This document shows, piece after piece, positions 14,109 to 27,498 of a stretch of DNA of 64,000 nucleotides (positions are counted from its first letter, which is position 1; each line of letters opens with the position of its first letter). A model generated the notes under the pieces. That model did not search any database and was not told the DNA's origin. It saw nothing but the letters and a program-made list of their open reading frames with translations. The stretch comes from Octopus bimaculoides (lineage: Eukaryota), in contig NC_068988.1 of NCBI RefSeq assembly GCF_001194135.2, positions 4,749,115-4,813,114 on the forward strand. Direction: 5' to 3'. Position numbers and translations under genes: made by a program.

Positions 14109-17100
14109 TTACGCACGCCCATATATAACATTTTGTACATCGATAACAGGTGTATTATCAGTATTTCCCATCTAACGATTACCAAAACTGCAACTATTAA
14201 CCTACATTACGAATAGACATCTATAAATACGTTTGCATACATACATATACATAAATGTGTGCGTGTGTATGTGCATGCGCGTGTGTGTGTGTGTGTGTGC
14301 AGAGACATTCGTATTTACAAACGGGCGAGAAAGTGTTTCTCAGAATCTTGTGTAATATACTTTATACGGAAGACAACCCTTCCCACTCCTTCATTCAATT
14401 TACATCAGGTTTCCCCGATATGCATGTGAAATTTTTCCATCGACCTTACTAAACTCTCCGTCTTCACTGTCATTTTGCTATTTCTACCTGAACTTCATCT
14501 ACTACGCGCACCAAACACGATATTCCAACTGCTAATTAATTATTTTGCTGCGACCATGATATCGAAATTGACACAACATATGCTCCAACATTTACTTGGT
14601 GTGGCATCTGTTAATCCGGTCCAAGGTGCATTCACACACAATAGTGAAAGTGATGACAGAAAATGGTCTCAAACCCATCTAATGTCCCAGAACTACCCGA
14701 CTTCCCTTGTACCTCACCCATCTTTTGTTGCACCTCTCTTGCGAACCATTCCGCGAAACGTTCTACTTCTCCAATTATTTCCGCTAATCTCTGCCTCTTC
14801 ACACTCTCTTCTACGAAGGTCATTCGCAATCACAGTAACCTAATGAGTCCAAAATATTAGGTTCGTCGATGGCAAGAGCAAGACTCGATAACGAAACTTA
14901 CGGTAACCGTAACCGATCAAACTGTAATGTCCGCTGTAAATAGAGATGCTACACTGTCAGCCATAGAGAAGAACATTTTTCCGAGTTAATATATAGACGG
15001 ACACAAACTTGGCCTATATAATATTTCAGCAATTTAGCAGTGTAGCAATACAAGTGAACAACGAATAAAAAACGTAATTAATGAAGAAATATAGGCCTTC
15101 ATTGATACAGTGTAACCGCCATCGACGACAAAGTGAATTATATGCTAAGTGCATTTATTACGTTTCTTATTCCGAACGTGTTTACATTTTCAATTTTCAA
15201 TAATGACAAGATTACCATTATGGAAACGATCTTTAACAATTGCAGAATTGTTTCTGAAATTAAGTGAAAGCACTTAATGACATTTTAAGTTTACAAGTAG
15301 CTAAAATATTTAGTTAACCCCAGGGTGCTAAATTTGAGTTGGGACCGGTGGGAAAAGATGTATGATTATTTCTATTATACAATGTACTTTGAACTTGTTA
15401 TTTCTCATAGATGTTGCTTTTTGTAGATTTTTAAGCTTTTTAACTAAGTGTGTAAGTGCATGCATGTGTGCATGACCTGTGCTTTGTTTATCTGTCTGAC
15501 AGATTGTCACTCTTGCGTTCTATGCACACACACACAAGCAGAAAGATATTGGAAGATCAGATTATTACACAGAAGGCTTCAAGAATGGTATGTCCGGACA
15601 ACGTATACATAGGAATAAATTCAAATATGAAATAGAGGCAGCATTAGTGTAATGCACGTTATCAACCCAAGGCACAAGACTCCGTATTTGCCGGTAGGCT
15701 GCGCGAAGGTGTGGTGGAAATAACTCTCTCAAGCAACCGAGTGTTAAAACAACTGTCAAGGACAGGCAACTCAGCCCCAGATCCCGGCACTTTGAGAAAG
15801 TAATTTCCACTACGCCAAATCACAATGTACACATTCTATTATTGATATCTTTGAGTGTGATGTGCTTCGGAACCCAATTTTCTAAAAAGGAAAAAAAACA
15901 ACATACTTCTAGTTCCCTCGAAAATTATGATGTCAACTATATATACGGAAAGAAAATAACTATATTCTAAAAATGAGGAAAGTAACAGAAATACCAAACC
16001 TATTAACCCATTATGAAAATATGCCTATTAACATAATAGTTATTATGTGAATATACACATAGCCAAAACTGAAGAGATAGTGCAGCTGAAAGCCGAAAGG
16101 ATGATATAGATAGAATGAGTATATATAAATTTATTTTTAAAGGTGTATTTAAATGAAAAATTCTAAGTAAATTCACATTTTTAATTAATTCATTTATTAA
16201 CTACATCGCCGTGCCGGCGAGAATAACATACATCATTAACGCATGGATTCTGCTAACTTCAATAAAGCGCTTGTATAAACGTGCTTGATATATATATAAA
16301 GTGTGTGTGTGGGTGGGGGTGGGTTCGTGTGTTGTGTGTATGGGCGTAAAATATATATCATATGCACATATATATGTCTTTATAATCATATTTGATGATA
16401 CTGCACGTGTACAGTAATTTGTGTTCATGCATTTACGCGTAAATATCTATGAGAATTCACACTAATATATACAACTACAGGCGGCAGATGGTACGTTACG
16501 TATTAAAGTATATTCTAAAGTGCCTATATAATCATGAATTTGGCCATGCCTCGTGTTTTTCTTTAATAAATGGCATGTATTCACGGAAGTGAAGTGTGTA
16601 GAACTTGCAACCATTAATTCACACAAAATACAGTCATGTTCATATAATTGGTCTCAATTTGCATTTTACGAAAAATTTTGTTTTTAGTATTTCTCTCTTT
16701 AATTTTCTATTAGAGGAATCTTAAAATGGCAACGCATCTGATTGAACATGTATGTACAGATGTACTTATATTTGTACACATCATTTCATATACGCATTAA
16801 GTACCACAGAGAAACAGGTGAGAATTCGTCCTATTTTTCAGTCAATACTTCACATTGCATTACGCTGAATTGATATACTTAAATCTGATGAGACTACAGC
16901 TTCATAGCTAATAGGAAATTTTAGCCAATATTTTTCACACTTTCTTGTTCAGAGTGAAAATGTTTCAATTATATTAAATATTCTCTATTCGTTTCATTTA
17001 GTACATACTTGTAGAAGAGGAAAATACCTGTTTGTGTGCATGAGCATGTGCGTTCCCAGTGTACAATACACACGCATACACACACACACATAGATATATT

Positions 17101-19311
17101 TCCATATATGTGTATGTGTGTAAATGTATATATCACAGGTATGGTTGTGCATTTAACACGTTCGATTTACAACAACGCGATTGCTGGTTCATCTGCACAA
17201 CGTGGTTCTTTGGGTGAATTTTTTCTATTGTCACTGATTGATATATATCTTGTAAACAAATTCTTTTAGATCGAAGCTGTAAGGAAGCCCTTTTTGTATA
17301 TGTAGGCGGGTACGTTTAAAGGTTTATTTAACTAGTTGAATAAGTCGTTAAGACCAAATCAGTATACATACATGCACATCTCCGAAACACGGGAGCAGTG
17401 TGTGAGATTCATTGCATGGATTATAACACACGGGTTCTTTTCCAAAAAAATGTTGGTGAGTTAAGGATTAACTTCGTCTCAGCGATTACTATAACGATAT
17501 AGGAAATTGAGTTGCTGATACTATAGGCAGGCTTGGTGGGTGTATATAAGATAGTTTCAATGCATAGGTATTAAATGTTCATCAACTGACCTTAGATTGC
17601 TAATGCGTGCTGGTGAGACGTGAAGTGTTCTTATAGATTTAGCCCCAAAACTTGCGAGTGGATATGGAGGTGAAATGGATTGATATATTTAGAAGAGAAT
17701 ACTGCAAAATAATTGACAATAACTGTTGGGTTTCGATTTATTTGATTTACTTCTACATTAGTGGATATGGAAACGCATTTCGTTATTAGAAGGTGGATGC
17801 CCAGATGGGTTACTGTACGAACGAGATCTTGAAACAATCAATATCTGCTAAGTGAATGATTGTGGGGACGGTTGGATGAAATATTCGAGTTATATCCACA
17901 AACATGTTTGTGGGTGTATGTACATTATACGTATATGTATGAGCGTGTGAATACATGTGTGTGTGTGTATGTCCGTGCGAGCATACAGATTAGCTATTTG
18001 AAACACATACTTGCATACATTTATATATGTATGCACATAAATATATCTATAGAGTTCGGGTAAAATAGCATCGAATGGCAGCGTAATGGGCATATATAAA
18101 TACAAATGCATGTATACTTTCACACACATATATACACATGAGATGATTGCTCATTTGTTCGCTGAACAAATGCTTACTGAATTAGCGTGTTAGTGGTTGA
18201 GTACACTTCAGTAATGTGCATCTTTCACACAATCTCCAGACAAGCTGAGAGGGACACATGTAACAAGGCCGGTGTATTTACTCACATTTCCTGTCCATAT
18301 ATTTTTACTCAGAGGACAGCGGTCGATTCAAAGGTTACCGAAAAAAATTATCCTGTGCAAAGGGGCTACAAACTACGATCTAACGATTTTTATTTTCAGG
18401 ATGATTCAGCTATGCTGCATTCACTCATGTATTCTTCAAAGATCTGTACACATATGGACGTTCATGAATACATGAACGTATATATATTCATTCAGGTGTG
18501 TAAGTGATATACATTATCATCCTGTTTTACTTGGAGGTGGTTATATACACACTAAGAAATATATATGTAGACATGTACATGATGCATATATATACACCTC
18601 GATATATGTGTGCATGTAGCCATTTTGATACTTTGGAATCCGCAGTTTTCATTGTTTTGGTTGTCTTATACCACAAGGTGTTCCATAGCATTCAGTGAAC
18701 TCTACATGTTCGCTACTTTTGACTGTCATAACATTAACGAAATGATTTATTATTTTGTGCTTATAACGAGAGCATTTTCACTCGCAGATTGTGATAGGAA
18801 AGAACATACACATGCATATGCATATCGTAAAATATATTTGCCAACTAAATGTTGCGGTAACAGAGGGCGATTTTACTGTTGCTTTTAGCCTCAGGAAGAC
18901 ATCTCCTTCTGCTGGCTAACGGCACACTGTCTGTGTCCGATTAGTATTTGCGAGGGGAGGTCATCGCTCCCATCTCCAGCCTTACGTGATACACACAAAC
19001 CCGGGTTTCTAGGTAGTTACCCGTCTTCAGTGTGTGGTAATCACCAGCTAGTGATGAAAATTCATTCCACTCACAAAATCTATATGCTTTTTCCAGCGAG
19101 AAACTATCGCTGATCTCGAAAAAGAAGAAATAAGCAATATTAAATCTCTGAGCGAGAGGTAAACAGTAACAGTACAGAATGGATCGTATAATATATTTGC
19201 CAACTAAATGTGGCGGTCCCATTGAGGGCGATCTTACTCTTGTTTATAAGTTATTTCTCCTCTTTCGAAATCAGCATATATATATATATATATGCACACA
19301 TAAATACAATT

Positions 19312-19540
19312 AGGGCGGTGAGATGGCAGAATTGTTAGCATACCGGGCGAAATGCTTCGTGGTATTTCGTCTGCCGTTACGTTCTGAGTTCAAATCTCGC
19401 CGAGGTCGTCTTCGCCTTTCATCCTTTTGGGGTCGATTAAATAAATACCAGTTACCACCTGTGGTCGATGTAATCGACTTTGTCCCTTTGTCTGTCCTTG
19501 TTTGTTCCCTCTATGTTTAGCCCCCTGTGGGCAATAAATG
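19312..19540 (+). mobile_element. tRNA-derived SINE, same 5' family as the 8324 copy with a different 3' tail
   Basis: gggcggtgagatggcagaattgttagc...gagttcaaatctcgccgaggtcg...tttcatccttttggggtcgattaaataa; alignable by eye to the 8324 copy. Confidence 0.85.
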
Positions 19541-20566
19541 ATTAAACATGTTATGTCGATGTAACTCCTAATGCATATATTTGATATAGTGTAGTGTTTC
19601 GTATATTAAATTCTAAATTATATGTAGACCTCCGACATTTAATTAAATTCTCATAATTTTTTTACACCACTAAACAATTCAAAATGGGCAATATTTCACT
19701 CATCCTTCATTAAATAAAATAAATTCAGAATCATCTAATGCTGTAATTATAATATAAAATCATGAAGATCTCCGTATATTTATTATTTCTTGATTTTTTT
19801 TCCAGGAATCAATTTCTCACGCAATGTAGGATGGGGAATGAAATATTGGGTAGAGACACAAGGTAGAACCTACACATTTTATTAGGAGACACATATGTAA
19901 ATAGTCGAAGACTAAATGCCGTGTATCTTGTCCCAGAAATTATATGGAACAAATATCTTTAATGTAATTTACACGGTTTACTAAATAAAATCTTGCTTGC
20001 CATAAATCTGTAAGTCTCTAAGGAGGAAATAGAACGCAAGAATATATTGCATGATGAGAAGGAAAATTCAATTAAATTACCAAATTTGTATGTTTGAGTT
20101 AGTGTGTGCGTATAGTAATTTCTAAGTGCACAGTTAGATGTAAGACTGCTGCTAGTGAATTTAGTGCTCATGTTGACTATCACCACACCGTCTATTTCCA
20201 GAAAAGTGCTAGGGTTACTAGAGAACTCAGTAATATTATTTACTGGTTCCGATATACAGAGCAAATATAAGAAAATGTATGAAGATATATGAAGTTTATA
20301 TCAGTTTTCCCTACGCACGTTTCGCCATTGTGGCCAATTGCATCTTCAGCAATGGGCGTTTATAGCGTATTTGGTCTTCAGCATGTGTTTTGCTTTGACA
20401 TAATGCAATAAGGTGTTCCCCTCAGAACGTGTTATGGATCTGCATCTAAATGCACAAGGAACACTCACTGCAGGACATGCAAATGCGATAATATGCATGC
20501 TGTCTTGATGATATATTACAGACACACGCGTACGTACCCATATATATGTATACATATACATGTATA

Positions 20567-20576
<10 letters not shown>

Positions 20577-20641
<65 letters not shown>
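20577..20641. repeat. (TA)n microsatellite
   Basis: Directly visible. Confidence 0.95.
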
Positions 20642-20645
<4 letters not shown>

Positions 20646-21261
20646 ACAGTGATCATCAACATTATAACGGTGGTTATTCACATAAATGACATCTCCGCAT
20701 GTAGTCAGGAGACAGACAACAATCACATTGTCACTCTTAAAATAACAGTCTGTGCATATTACCAAGAGTTAATAAGAGCGTTTATTAATTGCTTGTGTCG
20801 AAGAGTCTTCTCAATATTAAATTATTAATGCTGTCATAAACATTTCCAATACAATCATCTATAATGAGAACATTGTAATTGGAATGTATTTTACTCGTAA
20901 CGGATAAGCGTGTGTCTGTGTGTGTGCTTGTTTGTTTGTATATGTGCGTGTATGTCTTCTTGTGAATATAGAGATTAAGGGTAAAGAACAAAATTTCGAT
21001 ATACGCTGAGAAGAAACAGGAAACTTATTATTTTGACATATGCTTCATTGTTAATTTACGCCAATCATTTAAATTCTGACCTTTGGGAATGATACTTGAC
21101 TGACACAGAATTATTCTCAACATCTGTCCGAAATTACTTGGTCAGTAAGAGAGTTTGTCGACATGCCTTTAAATATTACATTGTTAACATTCTATTCACC
21201 ATGGAATCTATATGTATATTATATACATTTATTGGACATACACAAACATATATACATATTA

Positions 21262-21313
21262 GATCTAGGTTAGAAACCGGCGCTTACTTTATTGGCACGA
21301 GACCTTAAAATAC
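21262..21313 (+). repeat. Dispersed repeat fragment, second copy at 56494-56545
   Basis: gatctaggttagaaaccggc...tattggc is shared by both loci. Confidence 0.7.
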
Positions 21314-21945
21314 AACTGAACAATGACATAATGTATACATACATACATACATACATACACACACATACAAGCATATATATGATATACTGGTTATAAATAT
21401 ATTGGATATTTACATTCATGTGTGATCGTTATTATCAATAATTATATTAAGAGAGTTTATGACAACATTTTTGACAAACGCTGATGATTGTCCGTACAGC
21501 TCTGGAATAGTATTACGGTGCCATTTAGAATAAAAACAAAACGTCTTCTTTTACATAGGTATTGGATGGTCCAACGGAAAGTATATTTTCTCATAATTTC
21601 GAACCAATTTCTGAGTAAAGAGTTTATAATTTAGTACACTACCCAAATGCAGATGAATATACACAATCGAGATATATTCAAAATTGGTTACAGATAGTAG
21701 AAGTCAATCAGTTACCTTGGTTGAAGCAAGATCTCCCATTTCAGGATGTCTCTTTCCTTGACGCCTACTAAATCTCGGAGACCCTGAAAAGCCCCTCTCT
21801 CCGATTTCAAAGTAAATCAAAAAGAACTATTTGTCGAAAGCATGATAATGACGAATTCAAGCTAAGAAATTAGTTTAAAGTTGTAATTACAAGAATTTCT
21901 TAAATCAGTTTTGATAGATTCGAAATGGTTTGTTATAGGATTGAT

Positions 21946-21946
21946 G

Positions 21947-22034
<88 letters not shown>

Positions 22035-22056
22035 TGTATGTATGTATGCGTGTGTA
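21946..22056. repeat. (TG)n/(TATG)n microsatellite
   Basis: Directly visible. Confidence 0.95.
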
Positions 22057-22155
22057 TNNNNNNNNNNGAATACTTAATTATCGTCCAAGAATAAGTATTC
22101 AACTATAATATTCAAGGTTGCCATGATAAATGTGTAAAAGCGGAATGTTTTTAAA

Positions 22156-22194
<39 letters not shown>

Positions 22195-22591
22195 TTTGTA
22201 ATTTCAATAATTATAGTAGTCGTACTTTATTATATGGATTCATTAATTATCGTAGTTATAATTTTTAAATGATTATATAGAGCTGTCCTTTCAAAATATT
22301 ATCTGTAACATCTAGAACAATGAAATACTAATATGACAATGAAACGTTTCTTTTCTCAAGAAATTATTCACATAGGACAACAACATTAACAACAACTTAC
22401 TGTTTATGTTACACTATGAAAATAAATATCCTTAAATATGAGAAGCATTGCATATAAATGTTAGGCATCAGAAACATCGAACATTTAAAATATACTACAC
22501 TACTAAAACCCGTACAGCAGTTGTTACATAGAGTTAAGTTCCTTTGGAATTTCGTATCAAAGATACCACAGCTAACCAGATTTAAATGTTA

Positions 22592-22670
<79 letters not shown>
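22592..22670. repeat. (AAT)n microsatellite
   Basis: Directly visible. Confidence 0.97.
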
Positions 22671-23058
22671 GGGTATTTCGGAAATATAGTAATACACCTT
22701 GGAATGCAAAAAGTGGAAAATAACCACAAGCACGTGATTTTATAAAATCGATTTAAGTGGGGTTTTTTTTTTTCAAATAAATAAATAAATGTTTATTTAA
22801 GGGTCAATATAAACCAGACACAACATTCGTTAATTCTGTTTCGTCCCTTAAACGTTTTATGATTAGTAATGAGGTTTTAATTGTATGTTTAATAATATCA
22901 AAAGTATCTCTTTATATGTACATACACACACATAGATATAGTAAAAAAGATGTAATTTCAAGTAATTGCGCGTGTGTATACACATACATACATTTGTATA
23001 GAGATAATTATATAATGTTTATATATGTTAAAAAATGTCACTCATTCCCATATATATA

Positions 23059-23164
<106 letters not shown>

Positions 23165-25206
23165 TATGTGCACTTACAAGAAGAGTAGCTGTAGAATTTC
23201 ATTGTTCAATTTTGAATAAAAACGATCAGACTCGAACTCAGTCAAGCCTTCAATGTAACACAGGTAAAATTTATATACATACATACATGCTCATACACAC
23301 AAACAATGTGTTAAGATAACTTGTAGCTATAATTATGGAACACAAGAAAACTGCTACCGGAATAGTAAACACCTGCTAGGAGAATGCGATGATGATAAAG
23401 TTTAGAAAATTGTGTACTTGATATGATTTAAGATATAACACAGACGTAAAGAAATATTTCTACAAAGAAAACAAGTAAATAGAAAGGAAAATGAAGGTAA
23501 AAGGAACATCAAAACTTTCAGAGAATTACTATATAGTCATATTACTTAAAACTGAACAATTGGTGTTATGGATAACTGAAAGAAAAGGGTTATTAACATA
23601 TATAGTAATATACGTCTTGATATCATATTTGAATAAAATAAGTCTAATACAATTTTCAAATATCATAAATTGCTACGTTATACAGATCAGAAGAAGAGAA
23701 AAGAAAGAAACATTGAGCATACACCACATGTGTCAGTATTTTGCTAACCCTATTAATACTCACATACATAAGGACGGTCACTTACAAACAGATGTGTGTG
23801 TGTGTATATATATATATATATGTATAAACGCCTAAACGCCTAGATGTGTATAAACGCCTAGATGTGTGTATATATATATATATATATATGTATAAACGCC
23901 TAAACTCATACGCACATACACACACACACATATATATACATACAGTGGAAACTGATTTTGAATTTGATACCAGGGTGATAAGAAAAACCGACTGACGATT
24001 AAGGAAATAACATCTTAAGACACTAATTTTATTAACTATAAACAATTCATTCCACCGTTATGTTAAACAGTGTTCACTGTATGTATGTATTTATGTGTGT
24101 GTGTGGTTGTACGTGCGTGTATATTTATATGGATGTATATATATATANNNNNNNNNNATATATATGCATACACACATGTAAAATATATATATAAAGATAT
24201 TATTGTTTACAATAATATCAAGTGACATAACATTACTAAAAAAATACCATAAGGTAAAAAATTATTAATTAATATTTAAAGTTGCTATTTTTAGCGTGCT
24301 GGTGCCATTTGTAACACCCTTAATTATTAATATATATGTGTGTATGTATGTGTGTGTGTATATATATATATGTGTATATTGATAGATGCATACACACATA
24401 CACGCACACACACGAAGATGTGCAAATATATAGATACATAATTATACATGTATATAAGTGTATATTATGCATGTCCAAACACTCTTAATCACATACGTTT
24501 CAAGCATCCGTTTGTTGATATGAAATATCTATATACATATCTACACATGCATTTAGGAGTAATATTTAAATTGGCAGAAATATGAGTAACTACAGGACGT
24601 AGATATTAAATCTCATTCAAAATTAGAATCTTTTCAAGTGCCTACATGATCATGCATTCGTGCATGTCTTGTGCTCTCTATAATAAGTGTCATGCATTCA
24701 AGGAACTAAAGTGTGTAGAACTTCCAACCCAGGAATCAGACAAAATACAGCCATGCTCAAACAGTGGGTCTCATTACAATTTTTCTCTTAAAGATTTATA
24801 AGTAGTATTATTTCCTTTTTTAAAGAAATCTCATGATACCTCGGCCATATATAGAAAGTGTGCGTACATTTAACAGAACACCTAGATATATCAACGGATT
24901 CCCATTACCAATTCCTTTTCAAATCTTTTAAATTACAGCTGAGAAAACGTCCCAGTTTGCAATGATTCTGTTCAGTCAATACTATCTCTCTATAATTTGT
25001 ATTCTATACATCCTTTTATGTGCTAAAATACTGACCTGCATGTAATAATACATTGCAGGCAAAATTGATTAAATATACTTATGTGCATGTTGATGTTGTT
25101 TCAGTAATTTTCAATTTTCACCGATCGTAATTACTTGTATATTTAAAATATCAGAGGAGAATCAAGTGAATACACATATCTCCCCCTTTCTGTCTCTCTT
25201 TCTCTT

Positions 25207-25241
<35 letters not shown>

Positions 25242-25251
25242 NNNNNNNNNN

Positions 25252-25290
<39 letters not shown>

Positions 25291-25775
25291 TCATATTACA
25301 TACTCATTTTGTACATGTCGAAATCTAACATATGCAGAAATAAGGTAGAACAAAAGCTGTGCTAACGACTCCAACTAAGGCAGACACAAATGTCCATTGC
25401 TATCGTTTTATATCCTTATAATCAGACTGTCTATTTCTAAACGCTTTGATGATGTTGAAATGACTTTCACTTCTTTATTGTAGCCACTAGGCATTTGTTT
25501 TTTTTCTTTCTCACAACAAAAATAATTGTGATGAATCAAGAATATATTTTGCATTTGGTCTTTATGGTCCATATCTATGACAGTAGATACACTGAGTTAT
25601 TTCTCCGGGAACTTATTGCTTAAATAATGTGAATTATCTTAGAACATAAAAGTTTCTGACTCTATTTATATGCCTCAGACATTTTCTGATGTCAGGATCA
25701 GATAACCTCTTATGCTGATGACGCATATTCTGACAGAAACGTATCTTCAAGGTGTGTATATACATACATGTGCTA

Positions 25776-25776
<1 letters not shown>

Positions 25777-25865
<89 letters not shown>

Positions 25866-25890
25866 CACGCACACACACACAAACACATAT
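25777..25890. repeat. (CA)n/(TA)n compound microsatellite
   Basis: Directly visible. Confidence 0.95.
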
Positions 25891-27189
25891 ATATATCTTC
25901 TTCATTCAAAAATTTATCGCTCGGATTTTCTGGATTTTCAGTTACACGCGTACACGACATTACATTACATTCTAATTGATTATTCCATCGACTGTCAGAC
26001 CATTACAAATGAGTAGCTTTCTGTGACAGCCGTACGATTCTCTGAATCTATATTTTATACTACTTCTTTCTCTCTCTTTCTATGAACACACACACACACA
26101 TATATAGTAGAAATATCATCTTGCAAACTTCCGACGGAATAAATTCAGGCCATATCCATAAGACATGGGATCGTCCATGAATTCTTTTCGTTGATATTTT
26201 CAGTATATAGTTTGCACTTGATTGAATGGTGTTAACAGTTTTAAGGCTAATGGGGTGAGGTAGTGTTCCAGGGGGTATTGGAATGGTGGAAGCGTTGGTA
26301 ATTAATTGCTTAAGTAATGTGGTGTGGAAATGTGATATTAGATACTTGTTGGGAATTGTATAGTAATATACTTAGCAAAAGCAGAGTACATGTTTAAGTA
26401 CAAGAGTTGATATTTGATAAACAATGGAGATGAAATTAATTTAACATGGATATGTTTGAATATCAAATATTAATTATGAATAAAGGTAAAGATGGATGAA
26501 ATACTTGTTTATTCTTAACCATACAGTCATACGAACACCGATACTAGTTTTGTGTAAGTGTTTGAGCATGGGTTGTGGTACGTTGAATGCTGTAGTTTAT
26601 TTTTGAGTCGTGGTAGTCACAAATGCACACACTCAGCCACACAGATATATACAAGCTCAAACACAGCCACACACATTTATATCCCATACATGTACATAAC
26701 CACATATACAGTTATGAACTTCGTATTATATATATAGTCTGTTAAAGTCTGTCATACCGGCCATGACGAAGGGAAATAGCCCTGAAACTCGAGTCGCCTT
26801 TATATATATATATTTATATTTATATATTTATATATTTGATCCTTTATATTGAACACTCAATATTTCATCTACATTCAATACTTTCTTTCATGGTGCCATC
26901 CATTTTTATTTTATTTTATTTTATATTGTATATTGTATATCATATTATATATTGTATATTCCATATTCTATACCCCACATTAGTTCTGCAGGAATATAAA
27001 TAAAACNNNNNNNNNNNNNNNNNNNNNNNNNNNNNNNNNNNNNNNNNNNNNNNNNNNNNNNNNNNNNNNNNNNNNNNNNNNNNNNNNNNNNNNNNNNNNN
27101 NNNNNNNNNNNNNNNNNNNNNNNNNNNNNNNNNNNNNNNNNNNNNNNNNNNNNNNNNNNNNNNNNNNNNNNNNNNNNNNNNNNNNNNNN

Positions 27190-27242
<53 letters not shown>

Positions 27243-27274
27243 ACATGAACTCTTCCATCGTTAAACGACGTATG

Positions 27275-27498
27275 AGACTTCTACAACTTTTTGCTGAACA
27301 ACCGCACAGATGATCCATCAATTCGATATTACTTGTACCGGTGCACGACGTGCTACACATCTGATAACGAAAAGAGCGCTGAGCAACGTGAAATAAAGTG
27401 TTTTCTCAAGAGCACATCGCAACGCCCGGTCTGGGAATCAAAACCAGGATCTTGCAGTCGTGAATGCAACATCCTAACCACTAAGCCATGCACCTGCA
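27275..27498 (-). mobile_element. tRNA-derived SINE of another family (decayed)
   Basis: The reverse complement starts gcatggcttagtggttaggatgttgcattcacgactgcaagatcctggttttgattccc (A and B boxes), then ttgagaaaacactttatttcacgttgctc. Confidence 0.65.

Noticed and set aside
15214-15252. Small AG..GT-bounded segment (NNSAIVKDRFHN or ETILQLLKIVSIM) as the first phosphatase-domain exon.
   Set aside because: KDRFHN only loosely resembles KNRY, that frame has the wrong phase to follow exon 11, and there is no supporting neighbouring exon.
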